Assembly: GCA_964016885.1 (NCBI GenBank)
Contig: OZ024744.1
Coordinates: 44,516,001-44,580,000 of the forward strand
Source: Eledone cirrhosa
Lineage: Eukaryota
Direction: 5' to 3'
Length of the DNA: 64,000 bases
The stretch's first letter is position 1. Each line of letters starts with the position of its first letter. The position numbers were made by a program, and so were the translations under genes. Under the pieces are notes generated by a model. The model was not told where the DNA came from, searched no databases, and saw only the letters and a list, made by a program, of their open reading frames with translations. Below, piece by piece: positions 16,201 to 30,015 of the stretch.

Positions 16201-19200
16201 ATAATAGTATGGTAGAGAGAGAGAGTCTGTGGTACAATAGTAAATGGGAGAGAGACTGTAGTAGAATTGTATAGGATGGAAAATATGGTACAATAGTATA
16301 GGGGAGAGAGAGACTGTGGTAGAATAGTATAGGAGAGAGAGAGACAGAGATACATTCGTAAAGGTGACAGAGACTGTAGTACAATGGTATAGTGGAGAGA
16401 GACTGTGGTACAATAGTATAGCGGAGAGAGAGACTGTGGTAGAATAGTATAGGAGGGAGAGAGACTGCGGTACTATAGTATAGGAGGAAGAGAGAATATG
16501 GTAGAATGGTATAGGGGAGAGAGACTGTTGTAGAATGGTATAGGGGAGAGGGGGACTGTGGTAGAATGGTATAGGATGGAGAGAGACAGTGGTAGAATGG
16601 TGTAAGATGGAGAGAGAGACTGTGGTAGAATGGTATATGAGGGAGAGAAACTGTGATACAATAGTATGGGGTAGAGAGACTGTGGTAGAATGGTATAAGA
16701 GGACGAGAGATAGACTATAGTAGAATGGTATAGGGGAGAGAGAGACTGTGGTAGAATGGTATAGGTGGGAGTGAGGCTGGGTAGATTAGTAGGTGAGGGA
16801 GAGAGACTCAGGTAGAATGGTATAGGGGAGAGAAAGAGACTGTTGTAGAATTGTATAGGGGAGGGAGAGACTGTGGTAGAATGGTATAGGAGGGAGAGAG
16901 AGACTGTAGTAGAATGGTATAGGTGGGAGTGAGGCTGGGTAGATTAGTAGGGGAGGGTGAGAGACTGAGGTAGAATTTTATAGGGGAGAGAGAGACTGTT
17001 GTAGAATTGTAGAGGAAGGAGCGAGACTGTCGTAGAATGGTACAGTAGGGACAGAGACTGTGGTACAATAGTATAGGAGGGTGAGGGAGACTTTGGTATA
17101 ATTGATTAGGAGTGAGAGAGAGACTGTGGTAAAATGGTATAGTAGGGAGAGAGACTGTGGTACAATAATATAGGGGAGAGAGAGACTGTGGTAGAATAGT
17201 ATAGGAGGGAGAGTTAGAATGCGGTATTATAGTATACGAGGAAGAGAGACTGTGGTAGAATGGTATATGAGGGAGGGAGTCTGTGGTAGAATTGTATAGG
17301 GCAGAGAGACTGTTGTAGAATAGTATAGGAGGGAGAGAGAGAAAGAGTGAGTATAATGGTATAGGAGTGTGAGAGAGTCTGTGGTAGAATGGTATAGGAG
17401 GGAGAGAGACTGTGGTAGAATGGTATATTGGAGAGAGAGCCTGTTGTAGAATGATATAGGGGAGAGAGCGACTGTGATAGAATGGTATAGGAGGGATAGA
17501 GACTATAGTAGAATAGTATAGGAGGGAGCGAGAGTGTGGTAGAATGGTATAGGAGGGAGGGAGTTTGTGGTAGAATGGTATAGGAGGGAGAGAGAGAAAG
17601 AGTGAGTATAATGGTATAGGAGGGAGAGATAGACTGTGGTATAATAGTATAGGAGAGAGAGAGAGACTGGTACACTAGTAATAGGGAGAGAGACTGTAGT
17701 AGAATGGTATAGGAGGGAGAGACTGTGGTACAATAGTATAGGGGAGAGAGAGAAAGAGTGAGTATAATGGTATAGGAGGGAGAGATAGACTGTGGTATAA
17801 TAGTATAGGAGAGAGAGAGACTGTGGTACACTAGTAATAGGGAGAGAGACTGTAGTAGAATGGTATTGGAGGGAGAGACTGTGGTACAATAGTATAGGGG
17901 AGAGAGACTGCGGTACAATATTATATGGGAGAGAGACTGTTATACAATAATATAGTGGAGCGAGACTGAGGTACAATAGTATAGGGGAGAGAGAGACTGT
18001 GGTAGAATAGTATAAGAGGGAGATAGACTGCGGTACTATATTATACGAGGAAGAGAGTATGTTGTAGAATGGTATAGGGGAGAGTGACTGTTGTAGAATG
18101 GTATAGTGGAGAGAGATAAAGACTGAGTATAATGATATAGGAGAGCGAGAGACTGTGGTACGATAGTAAAGGGGAGAGAGACTGTAGTAGAATGGTATAG
18201 GAGGGAGAGAGACTATGGTACAATAGTATAGGGCAGGGAGACTGCGGTACAATAGTATATGGGAGAGAGATTGTGGTACAATAATATGGTGTAGAGAGAC
18301 ATTGGTACAATAGTATAGTGGAAAGAGAGACTATGTTAGAAAAGTATAGGAGAGAGAGAGTCTGTGGTACAATACTATAAGGGGAAGAGAGAATTTGGTA
18401 GAATGGTATAAGGGAGAGAGTCTGTGGTATAATGGTATAGTAGTGAGAGAGACTGTAATAGAAAATATAGGGAATAGAGACTGTGAAAGAATGGTATAGG
18501 AGGGAGAGAGACTGTGGTACAATAGAATATGTATGAGAGAGACTGTGGTAGAATGGTATAGGAGGGAGAGAGACTGTGGTTGAATAGTATAGGGGAGAGA
18601 GACTGTGGTAGAATGGTATGGGAGTGACTGAGAGACTGTGGTAGAATAGTGAGGAGAGAGACTGTGGTAGAATAGTATAGGGCAGAGAGACCTTGATAAA
18701 ATAGTATAGGAGGGATAGCGAGAAAGACTGATTGTAATGGTATAGTAGGGAGAGAGTGGCTACGGTATAATATTATAGAAGAGAGAGAGACTGTGGTACA
18801 ATAGTAAAGGGGAGAGAGACTGTAGTAGAATGGTATAGGAGGGAGACTGTGGTACAATAGTATAGGGGAGAGAGAGACTGTGGTAGAAGAGTATAGGAGA
18901 GAGAGAGACTGTGGTGCAATAGTAAAATGGGAGAGAGAGACTGTGGTAGAATATTATAGGGGAGAGAGACTGTTGTAGAATGGTATAGGGGAGAGAGAGT
19001 CTGTGCTAGAATGGTATAGGATAGAGAGAGACAGTGGTAGAATGGTATAGAGGGGAGAGAGAGACTGTGTTAGAATGGTATAGGTGGGAGAGACTGTGTT
19101 AGAATGGTATAGGTGGGAGAGAGAAAGACACTGTTGTAGAAAGATGTAGGAGGGAGAGAAAGACTGTGGTAGAATGGTATAGTGAAGAGAGACTGTGGTA

Positions 19201-22200
19201 GAATAGTATATGTGCGAGAGACTGTGGTACAATAGTATAGTGGAGAGAGATTGTGGTACAATAGTATAGGGGAAAGCGAGATTGTGGTAGAATAGTATAG
19301 GAGCGAGAGAGACTGCGGTGCTATAGTATAGGAGGAAGAGAGACTGTGGTAGAATGGTATAGGAGGGAGAGAATCTGTGGTAGAATGGTACAGGATGGAG
19401 AGAGTCTTTGTTAGAATGGTATAGTAGGGACAGAGACTGTGTTACAATAGTATAGGGCAGACTGTGGTAGAATGGGATAGGGGGGAGAGACACTGTGGTA
19501 CAATAGAATAGGTATGAGAGAGACTGTGGTAGAATGGTATAGGAGGGAGAGAGACTGTGGTTGAATAGTATAGGGGAGAGAGACTGGTAGAATAGTATAG
19601 GATGGAGAGAGAGTGTCAGGGTGGTATAGAGGGGGGAGAGAGACTGTGGTAGAATGGTATAGGAAGGAGAGAGGCTGTGTAGATTAGAGGGACTGAGAGA
19701 CTGTGGTAGAATAGTGAGAGGAGAAAGACTATGGTAGTATGGTATAGGAGGAGGGAGACTGTGGTAGAATGATATAGAGAGAGAAAGAAACTGTTGTAGA
19801 ATAGTGTAGGTGGGAGAGAAAGACTGTGGTAGAATGGTATAGGGAAGAGAGACTGTGGTAGATTAGTATATGGGAGAGTGACTGTGGTACAATAGTAATA
19901 AGGAGAGAGACTGTAGTAGAATGGTATAGGAGGGAGAGACTGTGGTACAATAGTATAGGGGGGAGAGACTGTGGTACAATATTATATGGGAGAGAGACTA
20001 TTATACAATAATATAGTGGAGCGAGACTGAGGTATAATAGTATAGGGGAGAGAGAGACTGTGGTAGAATAGTATAAGAGGGAGATAGACTGCGGTACTAT
20101 AGTATACGAGGCAGAGAGAATGTGGTAGAAAGGTATAGAGGAAAGAGAAACTGTGGTAGAATCGTAAAGGGGAGAGAGAGTATGTGGTAGAATTGTATAG
20201 GAGGGGAGAGACTGTGGTCGAATTGTATAGGAAGGAGAGAGACTGTGGTAAAATAGTATGGGGGAGAGAGACTGTGGTACAATATTATAGGAGGAAGAGA
20301 GACTTTGATAGAATGGTATAGGAGAGAGAGAGACAGTGGTAGAATGGTATACAAGGAAGAGAGATTGTGGTAGAATGGTATATATGAAAGAGAGACTGTG
20401 ATATAATGGTATATGAGAGAGTGAGAGTGAGTGTGGTAGAATAGTATAGGAGGGAGAGACTGTGGTAGAATAGTATAGGAGGGAAGGAGACTGTGGTAGA
20501 ATAGTATAGTACGAAGAGAGACTGTGGTAGTATCATATAGGAGGGAGAGAGAGACTTAGGTAGAATAGTACAGGAGGGAGAGAGACTGTGGCAGAATGGT
20601 ATAGGAGGCAGAGAGACTGTGATACAATAGTATAGGAGGGAGAGAGACGGTGGTAGAATGGTATAGGTGATAGAGACTGTGATACAATAGTATAGGAGGG
20701 AGAGACGGTGGTAGAATGGTATAGGTGATAGAGACTGTGTTAGAATGGCATAAGGGAGATAGGCAGAGGTAGAATAATATAGGAAGGAGAGACTGTGGTA
20801 CAATAGTATAGGAGGGAGAGAGACTGTGGTAGAATAGTATAGGGGAGAAACCGTTGTAGAGTTTTGTCGGAGAGCGAGACTGTGGTAGAATTGTATAGGA
20901 GAGAGAGACTGTGGTAGAATGGCATAGGAGGGAAAGAGACTATGATACATTAGTATAGCGGAGGGAGACTCTGGTAGAATAGTGTAGGTGAGAGAGACTG
21001 TGGTAGAATAATATGGGGGAGAGAGAGACTGTGGTAAAATAATATAGGGGAGAGAGAATGTGGTAGAATTGTATAGGAGGGAGAGAGACTGTGGTAGAAT
21101 GGTATAGGACGGAGAGAGACGTTGATAACAGAGTATGGAGGAGAGAGACTGTGGTTGAATTGTATAGGGAGAGAGATTGTGGTACAATTGTATAGTGGAA
21201 ACAGAGACTGTGGTACAATAGTATCAGAGAGAGAGAGACTGTGGTAGGGTAGTATAGGGAGATAGAGACTGTGGTATTATCGTATAGTGAAAACAGAGAA
21301 TAGTATGGGAATAGATGGTAGAATAGTATGGGATGGAGCTAGACTGTTGTAGAATGGTACAGTAGGGACAGAGACTGTGGTAGAATAGTATAGGAGGGAG
21401 AGAGACTGTGGTAGAATAGTATAGGAATGGGAGAGACTGTTGTAGAGTGGTATAGGAGGGAGAGAGACTTTGGGAGAATAGTATAGGAATGGGAGAGACT
21501 GTTGTAGAGTGGTATAGGAAGGTGAGAGACTGTGGAAACAATTGTATATAAGGTACAATAGTACAGGGGAAGAGAAACAGTGGTAGAATAGTATAGGAAG
21601 AAGAGAGACTGTGGAAGAATGGCATAGAGGTGACATACTGTGGTAGAATGGTAAGGAGGGAGAGAGGGACTGTGGTAGAATAGTAGAGGGGAGAGAGAGA
21701 GAGAGAGACTGTGGTAGAATGGTAAGGTGGGAGAGAGGGAGAGACTGAGTAGAATGGTATAAAAGTGAGAGAGACTGTGGTACAATAGTAGAGGGGCGAG
21801 AGACTGTGGTACAATAAAATAGGGGAGTGAGACTGTGGTAGATTGGTATAGGAGGAACAGGGACTGTGGTAGAATAGTATAGGGGGGAGACAGACTGTGG
21901 TACAATAGTATAGGAAGTGAGAGACTGTTGTAGAATGGTATAGGAGGGAGAGAGACTTTGGGAGAATAGTACAGGAGGGAGAGAGAGAGACTGTGGTAGA
22001 ATGGTATAGGGGAGAGAGACTGGTAGAATAGTATAGGAGGGAGAGAGACGGTGGTAGAATAGTATAGGGGAGAGATTGTGGTAGAATTGTATAGGAGAGA
22101 GATAGACTGTGGTACAATAGTATAGGGGAGAGAGACTGTGGTACAATAGTATAGGGGAGAGAGACTGTGGTACAATACTATAGGGGAGAGAGACTGCGGC

Positions 22201-24604
22201 ACAATAGTATATCGGAGAGACTGTGGTAGAATAGTATAGGTACGAGAGAGATTGGTACAATAGTATAGGAAGGCGAGAGACTGTGGTAGAATGGTATAGG
22301 AGCGAGAGAGACAGTGGTAGAATGATATAGGAGGGAGAGAGACGGTGGTAGAATAGTATAGGAGGGAGATAGACTGTCGTAGAATCTTATAGAAGAGTGA
22401 GAGACTGTCGTAGAATGGTATAGGAAGGAGAGACTGTGGAAGAATGGTATAGGTGAAAGAGAGACTGTACTAGAATGGTATATGAGTGAAAGAGACTGTG
22501 TTACAATAGTATGGGACGAACAGATCTGTGGTAGAATGGTATAGGGGGGAGAGAGACTTTGGTAGAATAGTACAGGGACGAGAGAGAGACTGTGTTAGAA
22601 TGGTATAGGGGAGAGAGAGACTGTGCTAGAATGGTATAGGGGAGAGAGGGAGACTGTGGTAGAATGGTATAGGAGGCAGAGGGACTATGGTAGAAGTGCA
22701 TAGAAGAGAGGGAGAGAGACTGGGGTAGAATTATATAGGAGAGAGAGACTGTGGTAGAATGGTTTAGGATGGAGAGAGAGACATTGGTAGAATGGTATAG
22801 GAGGGAGAGAGACGGTGGTAGAATAGTATAGGAGGGAGAGAGACTGTCGTAGAATGGTATAGGGGAGAGAGAGCCTGTGGTACAATATTATAGGAGGGAG
22901 AGAGACTGTGGAAGAATGGTATAGGTGAAAGAGAGACTGTGATAGAATGGTATATGAGAGAGAGGGAGACTATGGTAGAATAGTATAGGAGGGAGAGACT
23001 GTGATAGAATAGTATAGGAGGCATAGAGACTGTGGTACAATGGTATAGGGGAGAGAGACCGTGGTAGAATAGTATAGGAGGGAGAGAGACTGGTACAATG
23101 GTATAGGGGAGAGGGACTGTGGTAGAATGGTATAGGAGGGAGAGAGAGACTGTGAAAGAATGGTATAGAAGGCAGAGAGACTGTAATACAATATTATAGT
23201 GGACAGAGACTGTGGTAGAATGGTATAGGAGGGAGAGAGACTTTGGAAGAATAGTACAGTAAGGAGAGAGAGACTGTGGTAGAATGATATAGGAGGGAGA
23301 GAAACGGTGGCAGAATGGTATAGGGGGAGAGAGATTGTGGTAGAATTCTATAGGAGGGAGAGAGACGGTGGTAGAATGGTATAGGAGGGAGAGAAACTAT
23401 CATACAATAGTATAGGGGATAGAGACTGTGCTACAATGGTATAGGGGAGAGAGACTGTGGTATAATAGCATATGAGGGAGAGAAAATGTGGTACAATGGT
23501 ATAGAGAAGAGGGACTGTTGTAGGATGGTATAGGAGGGAGACAGAGACTGTGAAAGAATGGTATAGGAGGCAGAGAGACTATGATACAATAGGATAGGCG
23601 GGAGAGAGACGGTGGTAGAATGGTATAGTGGACAGAGACTGTGGTATAGGAGGGAGAGAGACGGTGGTAGAATAGTACAGTAAGGAGAGAGAGAGACTGT
23701 GGTAGAATGATATAGGGGAGAGAGACTGTGTTACAATGGCATAGGGGAGAGAGACAGTGGTAGAATAATAAAGGAGGGAGAGAGACTGTGGTAGAATAGT
23801 ATAGGAGAGAGAAACTCCGGTAGAATTATATAGGAGAGAGAGAGAGACTGTGGTAGTATGGTATAGGAGCGAAAGAGACTTGTATACAATAGTATAGGGG
23901 AGAGAGTATATGGTAGAATGGTATAGGGGAGAGAGACTGTGTTAGAATTGTACAGTGGAGAGAGACTGTGGTACAAAGTATAGGAGGAAGAATGACAGAG
24001 TAGAATAATATAGGAGGGAGAGAGACTGTGATACAATACTATAGGGTCGAGAGACTGTGTTTCAATGGTATAGGGGAGAGATACTGTGGTAGAATTGTAT
24101 AGGAGGGAGAGAGACTGTGGTAGAATTCTATAGGAGAGAGAGAGAATGTGGTAGAATAGTATAGGGGGAGAGAGACTCTGGTCCAATAGTATAGGAGAGA
24201 TGGTGGCTGTGGTAGAATGGTATAGGGGAGAGAGACTGTGGTAGAATAGTATAGGAGGGAGAGTGAGAGAGAGAGTGGTAGAATGGTATAGGAGGGAGAG
24301 TGAGGGACTGTGGTAGAATAGTATTGGAAAGAGAGAGAGACTGTTGTAGAATGGTATAGGGAAGAGGGACTGTGGTAGAATTCTATACGAGTGAGAGAGA
24401 GAGAGAGAGAGTGGTAGAATGGTATAGGATGGAGAGTGAGGGACTGTGGTAGAATAGTATTGGAAAGAGAGAGAGACTGGTAGAATGCTATAGGAGGGTG
24501 AGGGACAGTGGTATAATAATATAGGGGAGCGACACTGTGGTAGAATAGTATAGGACGGTGTAGTGACTCTGGTAGAATGGTAATGGAGGGAGAGACGGTG
24601 GTAG
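8221..24604 (+). repeat. Minisatellite array 1, ~16.4 kb, unit ~29-33 bp (GA)nCTGTGGTAGAATGGTATAGGAGG
   Basis: Hundreds of diverged head-to-tail copies with a variable GA tract, strongly purine-rich on the + strand. Pure (GA)n at about 10150-10250. Confidence 0.98.
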
Positions 24605-24807
24605 GTACGTGATTGTTGTTGCAAAGGAGGCGAGTAAAACACCATGAACTACGCGAAGAGATAGCAATAAGAACATATATGTCTTCTTCCTTTGGTAATA
24701 AGGTCTGGTTGCGTAAGCCTAGTCCGGGCGGTACATGTAGGTGTTAGGTTGAGAGTATTTACTGTGGGTCAGTAGACTGGTAGGAGCAATAATGTTCTTT
24801 ATTTTGG

Positions 24808-24839
24808 TATATATATATATATATGTGTGTGTGTGTGAG

Positions 24840-24889
<50 letters not shown>

Positions 24890-24934
24890 TGTGTGTGTGT
24901 GTGTTTGTGTGTGTTTGTGTGTGTGTGTGTGTAT
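24808..24934. repeat. (TA)n(TG)n microsatellite
   Basis: Direct inspection. It is the insertion site of the outer LTR element. Confidence 0.95.
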
Positions 24935-26418
24935 TTAACGAAGGCGCATTAGTAGTGGTTATTAGAATGTGATTATAACATGTTTGTTAGATGTAATAAC
25001 AAGAATGGCCGTTTTACTTTATACAAAATGAACAATAAATATATTACCACGAGTTGCGAAGGTTGACAATGTTATCTTGTTGTTGCTTCATGAGGCTGGT
25101 GTAGTCTGCGACCAAAAGAGAGAGAGTGGTGTTGGTCTGTAGTTGGTTGTAGACTACTGTGGCCTGTAGATAGCGGTGATCTTTACATAACTTATTGTAG
25201 GCGTATTGCTCCGATATATCTGTATGTCTGTAGACCTCTGGGGCCTGAAGGTAGCGGTGAACCTTTCACATAGCTAGTCTGTATCGTGGTGCTCCGATCT
25301 CTCTGTATCTAAGGAGGGAAAATATAGGCTTTATATACCCGTCGCTTTCTGTCTCCCACCTTGAGGGGATAGCCCACGCATTAACCTGTTCACACCAAAA
25401 GGGTGGTGACCTACAGTTTGACCTTAGGTGTCAGCCAAGGTTCAATGCGTGGACAGATTTCGCTACATTAGTTCCCTACCCAGATCGATGCAGGAGCAGC
25501 GTTGGATTATAAAAGGGGTAGCGAAATCTGATTCTAGAAGCGTGTCCCAAAACACACAAAATGTGGGTACTGCGCATTTCGAGTGCAGAGAAATTTGGAG
25601 AGAGGAAAAAAATATCGTATAACCGTGTATGCATGTGTGCGTGTAACGTTTAGAAGAAACTGTAAATATACAAAGTTGTGATAGTATTTCGAACTGTTGT
25701 GTATGGATGGATGGATTACGGTATCGGATTACGATATGACAACACAGAAACTATTTCTCTCGATGTATCATCATAAGTAAGATTCTCTTCCAGTGAGTCG
25801 AGGTTTACGCTATGACATGAGTGTGTGCAATTTTGAGTTGCCTGCATGAGTGAGTCCAGACGTGCTTGAGTGTGTCCAAGCGAGTGAGTAGTAACCGTGG
25901 GTTGTTTATCATGTGTATAACGGAATACCCCTACATATTACCGGCGAAGATTCGAAACCGAATCTGAGTTTTCCCGCCTCTGGGACAAGCCGTGGTTGAA
26001 AGGTTTCGCCTTTGTCCTGTCAACGATGATGGATGACATTCTATTTGACCTGTGACCCAAACCCCTTGGGAGATGCTAACCACAGGTCAGATGATATATC
26101 CATCCTTCTAACTACAACGAAGTTATAAATACAAGGATTTGTTTATGCCCAGCAGAAAAAGTCGTACTACATGTGGTGATAGTGTGTGAGTGTGGAGGAG
26201 GTGACCGGAAGCTGGGGACGCCTGACCGGAGGCGGAAGACGAAGTGACGTGAGATGCGTACCCAGGAGCATCTGGGGGCGCTTTTTCAGCTGTGACCCGC
26301 GACGAACGGACGTGTGAAGGCGAGCGGCAACCGACGAACGGATATCCCCAAGTGGATGAGGCTGGCTCGCTAAGGGAGCTAGCAGAATTGCGGTAAGTGC
26401 AGTCACTTTCTCATTACA

Positions 26419-26430
26419 AGCTATTTCGGC
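26419..26430 (+). promoter_or_regulatory. Non-canonical PBS complementary to nt 1-12 of tRNA-Phe
   Basis: AGCTATTTCGGC directly follows the 5' LTR. Its reverse complement GCCGAAATAGCT is the 5' end of metazoan tRNA-Phe(GAA) as I recall it. No TGG-type PBS is present. Confidence 0.7.
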
Positions 26431-26549
26431 ATCTGAAGACTTACAATCGAAAAAAAAAAAAAAAAAAATTGGAAGAATTTTTTTGAAGACAAAGCTTCTG
26501 GAAAACAGAGAGGATTCTGTTGTTTGTTACTTACCGCAGGACTAAGGAG

Positions 26550-27314
26550 ATGGCGACGAGATTACGGATGAGACGAGAAGTAATTAGAGCTTTTATCGGT
26601 GAAGCTGACGCTGTCGCTTGGATGCGAAATGTTCGGCTGGTCGCTGAGCTACAAGAGATAGACAATGTAGAGGGCCTCATCGCACTCTATCTCGAGGGCG
26701 ACGCGCTAGCATTGTATCTCGAGATGGACGAACTCAGTCAGATGGACGCGCAAAAAATTGAGCGGCGTATGATGGAAGCGTTCGCGGAAGGACCGCTTAC
26801 CGCGTTTGCTAAGCTGGCAAGGATTAGGTGGAATAGTGAGCATATGGATATTTTTGCAGCGGAGATAAGGCGATTGGCCATGCTGGCTGGGTTGCAGGTC
26901 GAATGCGAACATGTGGTGCGGTTGGCGTTCATAAACGTATTTCCGGATGACATCGCGGTGAAACTGCAGCAAATACCTGGCTAAAAGGAAATGGAGATGC
27001 GTGCACTGGTAGAGCAAGCCCGCATCATAGCAGAGGATGCCAAGAAGAGTATTGCGGCAATAGCAGCAACGGAGGCCCGGGGCAACCGACAGCGAAATGG
27101 CGAAAGGGAGACAAACACGGCGCGCAGTTGCCCGCAAACGTTTAGAGGTCGTTGTTTTAGGTGCCAGGGCGCGCACATGGCGAGAGACTGTAGAGAGTCA
27201 AGGCCGGACATAATTTGCTACTGGTGTAAGCGGCCAGGCCACATCGCTACCAGTTGCGACCAGGGAAATGGACCAAGAGGCGTTACTGCGCCAGTAGCTA
27301 CCCCTCGCGAGTAG
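26550..27314 (+). pseudogene. gag: Gypsy Gag with two zinc knuckles, one internal stop
   Basis: ATG at 26550, TAA at 26982-26984, knuckles CFRCQGAHMARDC and CYWCKRPGHIATSC. Confidence 0.88.
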
Positions 27315-30015
27315 AGGCGCTGCTCGTGGTGAAAGTCTTTGTGAGAGGAAAGCCATTACGAGCCCTCGTGTACACGGGCTGTACGACGACTCAGTGACCA
27401 CGGGGGGGGGGTGCAGAAGTGGAGGGGAAGAGCAGAGTAAGGGCAGTCGATGGTAGGAAGATTGAATGTCGAGGTCGCAGCGAAGTGGAGATGGTGGTAC
27501 GGGGAAAGAAAATAAGGCTTTCGGCCATTGTGGTCGACTGCGTGGTGGATGGAATCAGCGTAGTTATGGGCATGGACGCGATTGGCCGTTTAGGAGGCGT
27601 CACAGTGAACGATGTAGGCGTGACGTTTGGCGGCGCCGCACCGGTATGCGCTGTGAGTACGCGACAAGAAAACGCGAAGGCCCACGAGGAAAAATATGCC
27701 GCTTACACTGTACAGGATAAGGACTTCAAGGCCGTGTTCGACGGGCACCGATGGGTTGTTGAGTGGTACTGGAAGGGAGAACCACCAACACTGAAGGACA
27801 AAGTGGGCTGCTATCAACACACATTGAAAGGAGAATACTAGGAGCGAGTTTGAGCGAGAGGTAGAGAGATGGATCGAGGAGGGCATACTGCTTCCCTGGA
27901 AAGAGGAGGTGAAGTGTGGGGTACTGCCGTTAATGGTAGTGGCGCAACCCACGAAGAACAAGGTGAGACCGGTATTGGATTTTCGGGAGCTGAATGAGCA
28001 CGTGTCGTGCCACACGGGTGGCGAGGTCAGGGATGTCTGCGGGGAAACCCTGCGTGAGTGGAGACGTATGACGGGGGCTTCCACAATCGTCGATTTAAAG
28101 TCGGCATATCTACAGCTACACGTGGAGGAGAAGCTGTGGCAGTATTAGCTGGTCAGGTATAAGGGCCAGACATATTTCCTGACCAGGCTCAGATTCGGGC
28201 TGAACTCTGCACTGAAGATCATGGCGGCGGTCCTCAAGACGATTTGGGAAAGGCCGATAAGATGAAGAGGGCTACCAATTCCTAGATCGACGACATCCTA
28301 GTGGACGAGACTGTAGTGTTGGCGGCGGAGGTCACGAGCCATTTACAAGGGTACGGATTGACTGCGAAGCCGTCGGAGGCGTTGGAGGGAGGAGTCGCGC
28401 TGGGACTTAGGCTTCGAAGAAACAAGACGGGCACGCTAGTATTTCGGAGGGGAAATGAAGTCCCGGAACTGGGCCCAAATATGACAGGAACTCTTCTCGG
28501 TGTGTGGAAAATTGGTGGGTCACTACTCAATCGCTGGGTGGCTCCGGACGGCATGCAGCTATGTCAAGAGACGAGCGGACGGGGTGACTTTGAGTGATAA
28601 AGTGGGAGAGAGGACGGTAGCCATGATGCAGGAGATCGTGGGGAGGGTGAAGGCCGACGACCCGGTGCAAGGACGCTGGTATGTCCTCAAATCACAGAGC
28701 GGGACCGTATGGTGTAATGCCAGCAGCATAGCGCTAGGTGTCACGCTGGGGATAGGAGGTGTCGAGGTCGAGGATGCAGTCTGGCTCAGGAATAAGGATG
28801 ATTGCAACCATATCAATGTGGTCGAGCTGGATGCGGTGTTGAGAGGGGTGAACTTCGCCTTGAAGTGGGTACTGCGCACCATTGAGATTCGCACTGACTC
28901 GGCCACTGTACTCGGATGGGTGAGATGAGTGCTTACCAGTGAGAAGAGTGTGCGGCGGAAATGCTGATAAAGCGCCGCCTGGGAACTCTAGGAGAGCTGG
29001 CCACCGAGTTCAACCTGAGGTTGAGTGTAGTCTTCGTGCCCTCAGAGAAAAATAGACCAGACGTCCTAACCAGGGTGAAGAAAGCCTGGATGGAAGCGCC
29101 GGAGGATGTAGAAGAGGGGTTAGCTGCTGTGTGTCGGTTGAGCGGGTTGAAGCTTAAAGGGTTGCATCACATGGGAGTGGATAGGACCCTGTTCCTAGCC
29201 AGGAGAATCGACTCCGACGTTAGCAGACAAAGTGTCCAGAGAGTGGTCAGAGGCTGCGTCCGATGTCAGTCTATTGATCCTGCCTCGGGTGTACACGAAA
29301 CGGGAAGTCTCCCGGTGGATCGCGACTGGAAGCGATTGCCGGTGGACGTAACACACTACCGACAGGGAACATACCTCTCGATGGTTCACTGTGGACCGGG
29401 ACGGATGGCGATATTGGGGGAAATGAAGACGGCAACTGCGGAGGAAATCACACGGATGTTGAGAGAGATATTCTTGGAGCAGAGGCGCCGAGGGAGATTC
29501 TTGATGGATAGAAGGTGGACCGCTTCTTCAGAGCACCATACAGGCCAAGTGGAAATGGAATCGTGGAACGACACCACCGCACAATCAAAGCAATGGCGGA
29601 GCGGGGGCACATCTCACCAATGGAGGTAGTGTTTTGGTAAAACATGTCCCCCGCGGGTGGGACAGGCTGAGGAATCGGTGCCACACAGAGCAATATACAG
29701 ATACGAGTGGCAGCACCCGTCCACCGTACCAGAACGGCCAGTGTAGAGAGAGAACGCATTCGTACAGGTGGGCGAAGAAGTCTGGGTTAAGTCCCCAGAC
29801 GCACGTTGCACATCTCAATGGGGAAAGGGAACGGTAACAGCTGTAAATTCCCAGAATAACGTGTCCGTGGACGGAGTGCCACGTCATATCCTGGATGTCC
29901 GTAGAATCGTTGTGTCGACGGACTCCGAGGAAGTGGAAATCCAAAGCGCCGCCCCAACATTACGGAGATCGCAACGAGATCGCCGACCGCCTAGCTGGAG
30001 GGTAGATTATCACAT
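27315..30015 (+). pseudogene. pol: Gypsy Pol (protease, RT, RNase H, integrase), disrupted
   Basis: ALVYTGC (mutated DTG), KVRPVLDFRELN, VDLKSAYLQL, FGLNSA, *IDDILV, VWCNASS, HINVVELDAV, TDSATVLGW, HHMGVDRT..CVRCQ, VDVTHY. Many stops and frameshifts. Confidence 0.9.

Noticed and set aside
9050-24676. Dozens of long minus-strand ORFs (YTILPQSLS repeats, up to 391 aa)
   Set aside because: Translations of a pyrimidine-rich satellite strand. They are open in all three frames, with frame-breaking GA length changes.
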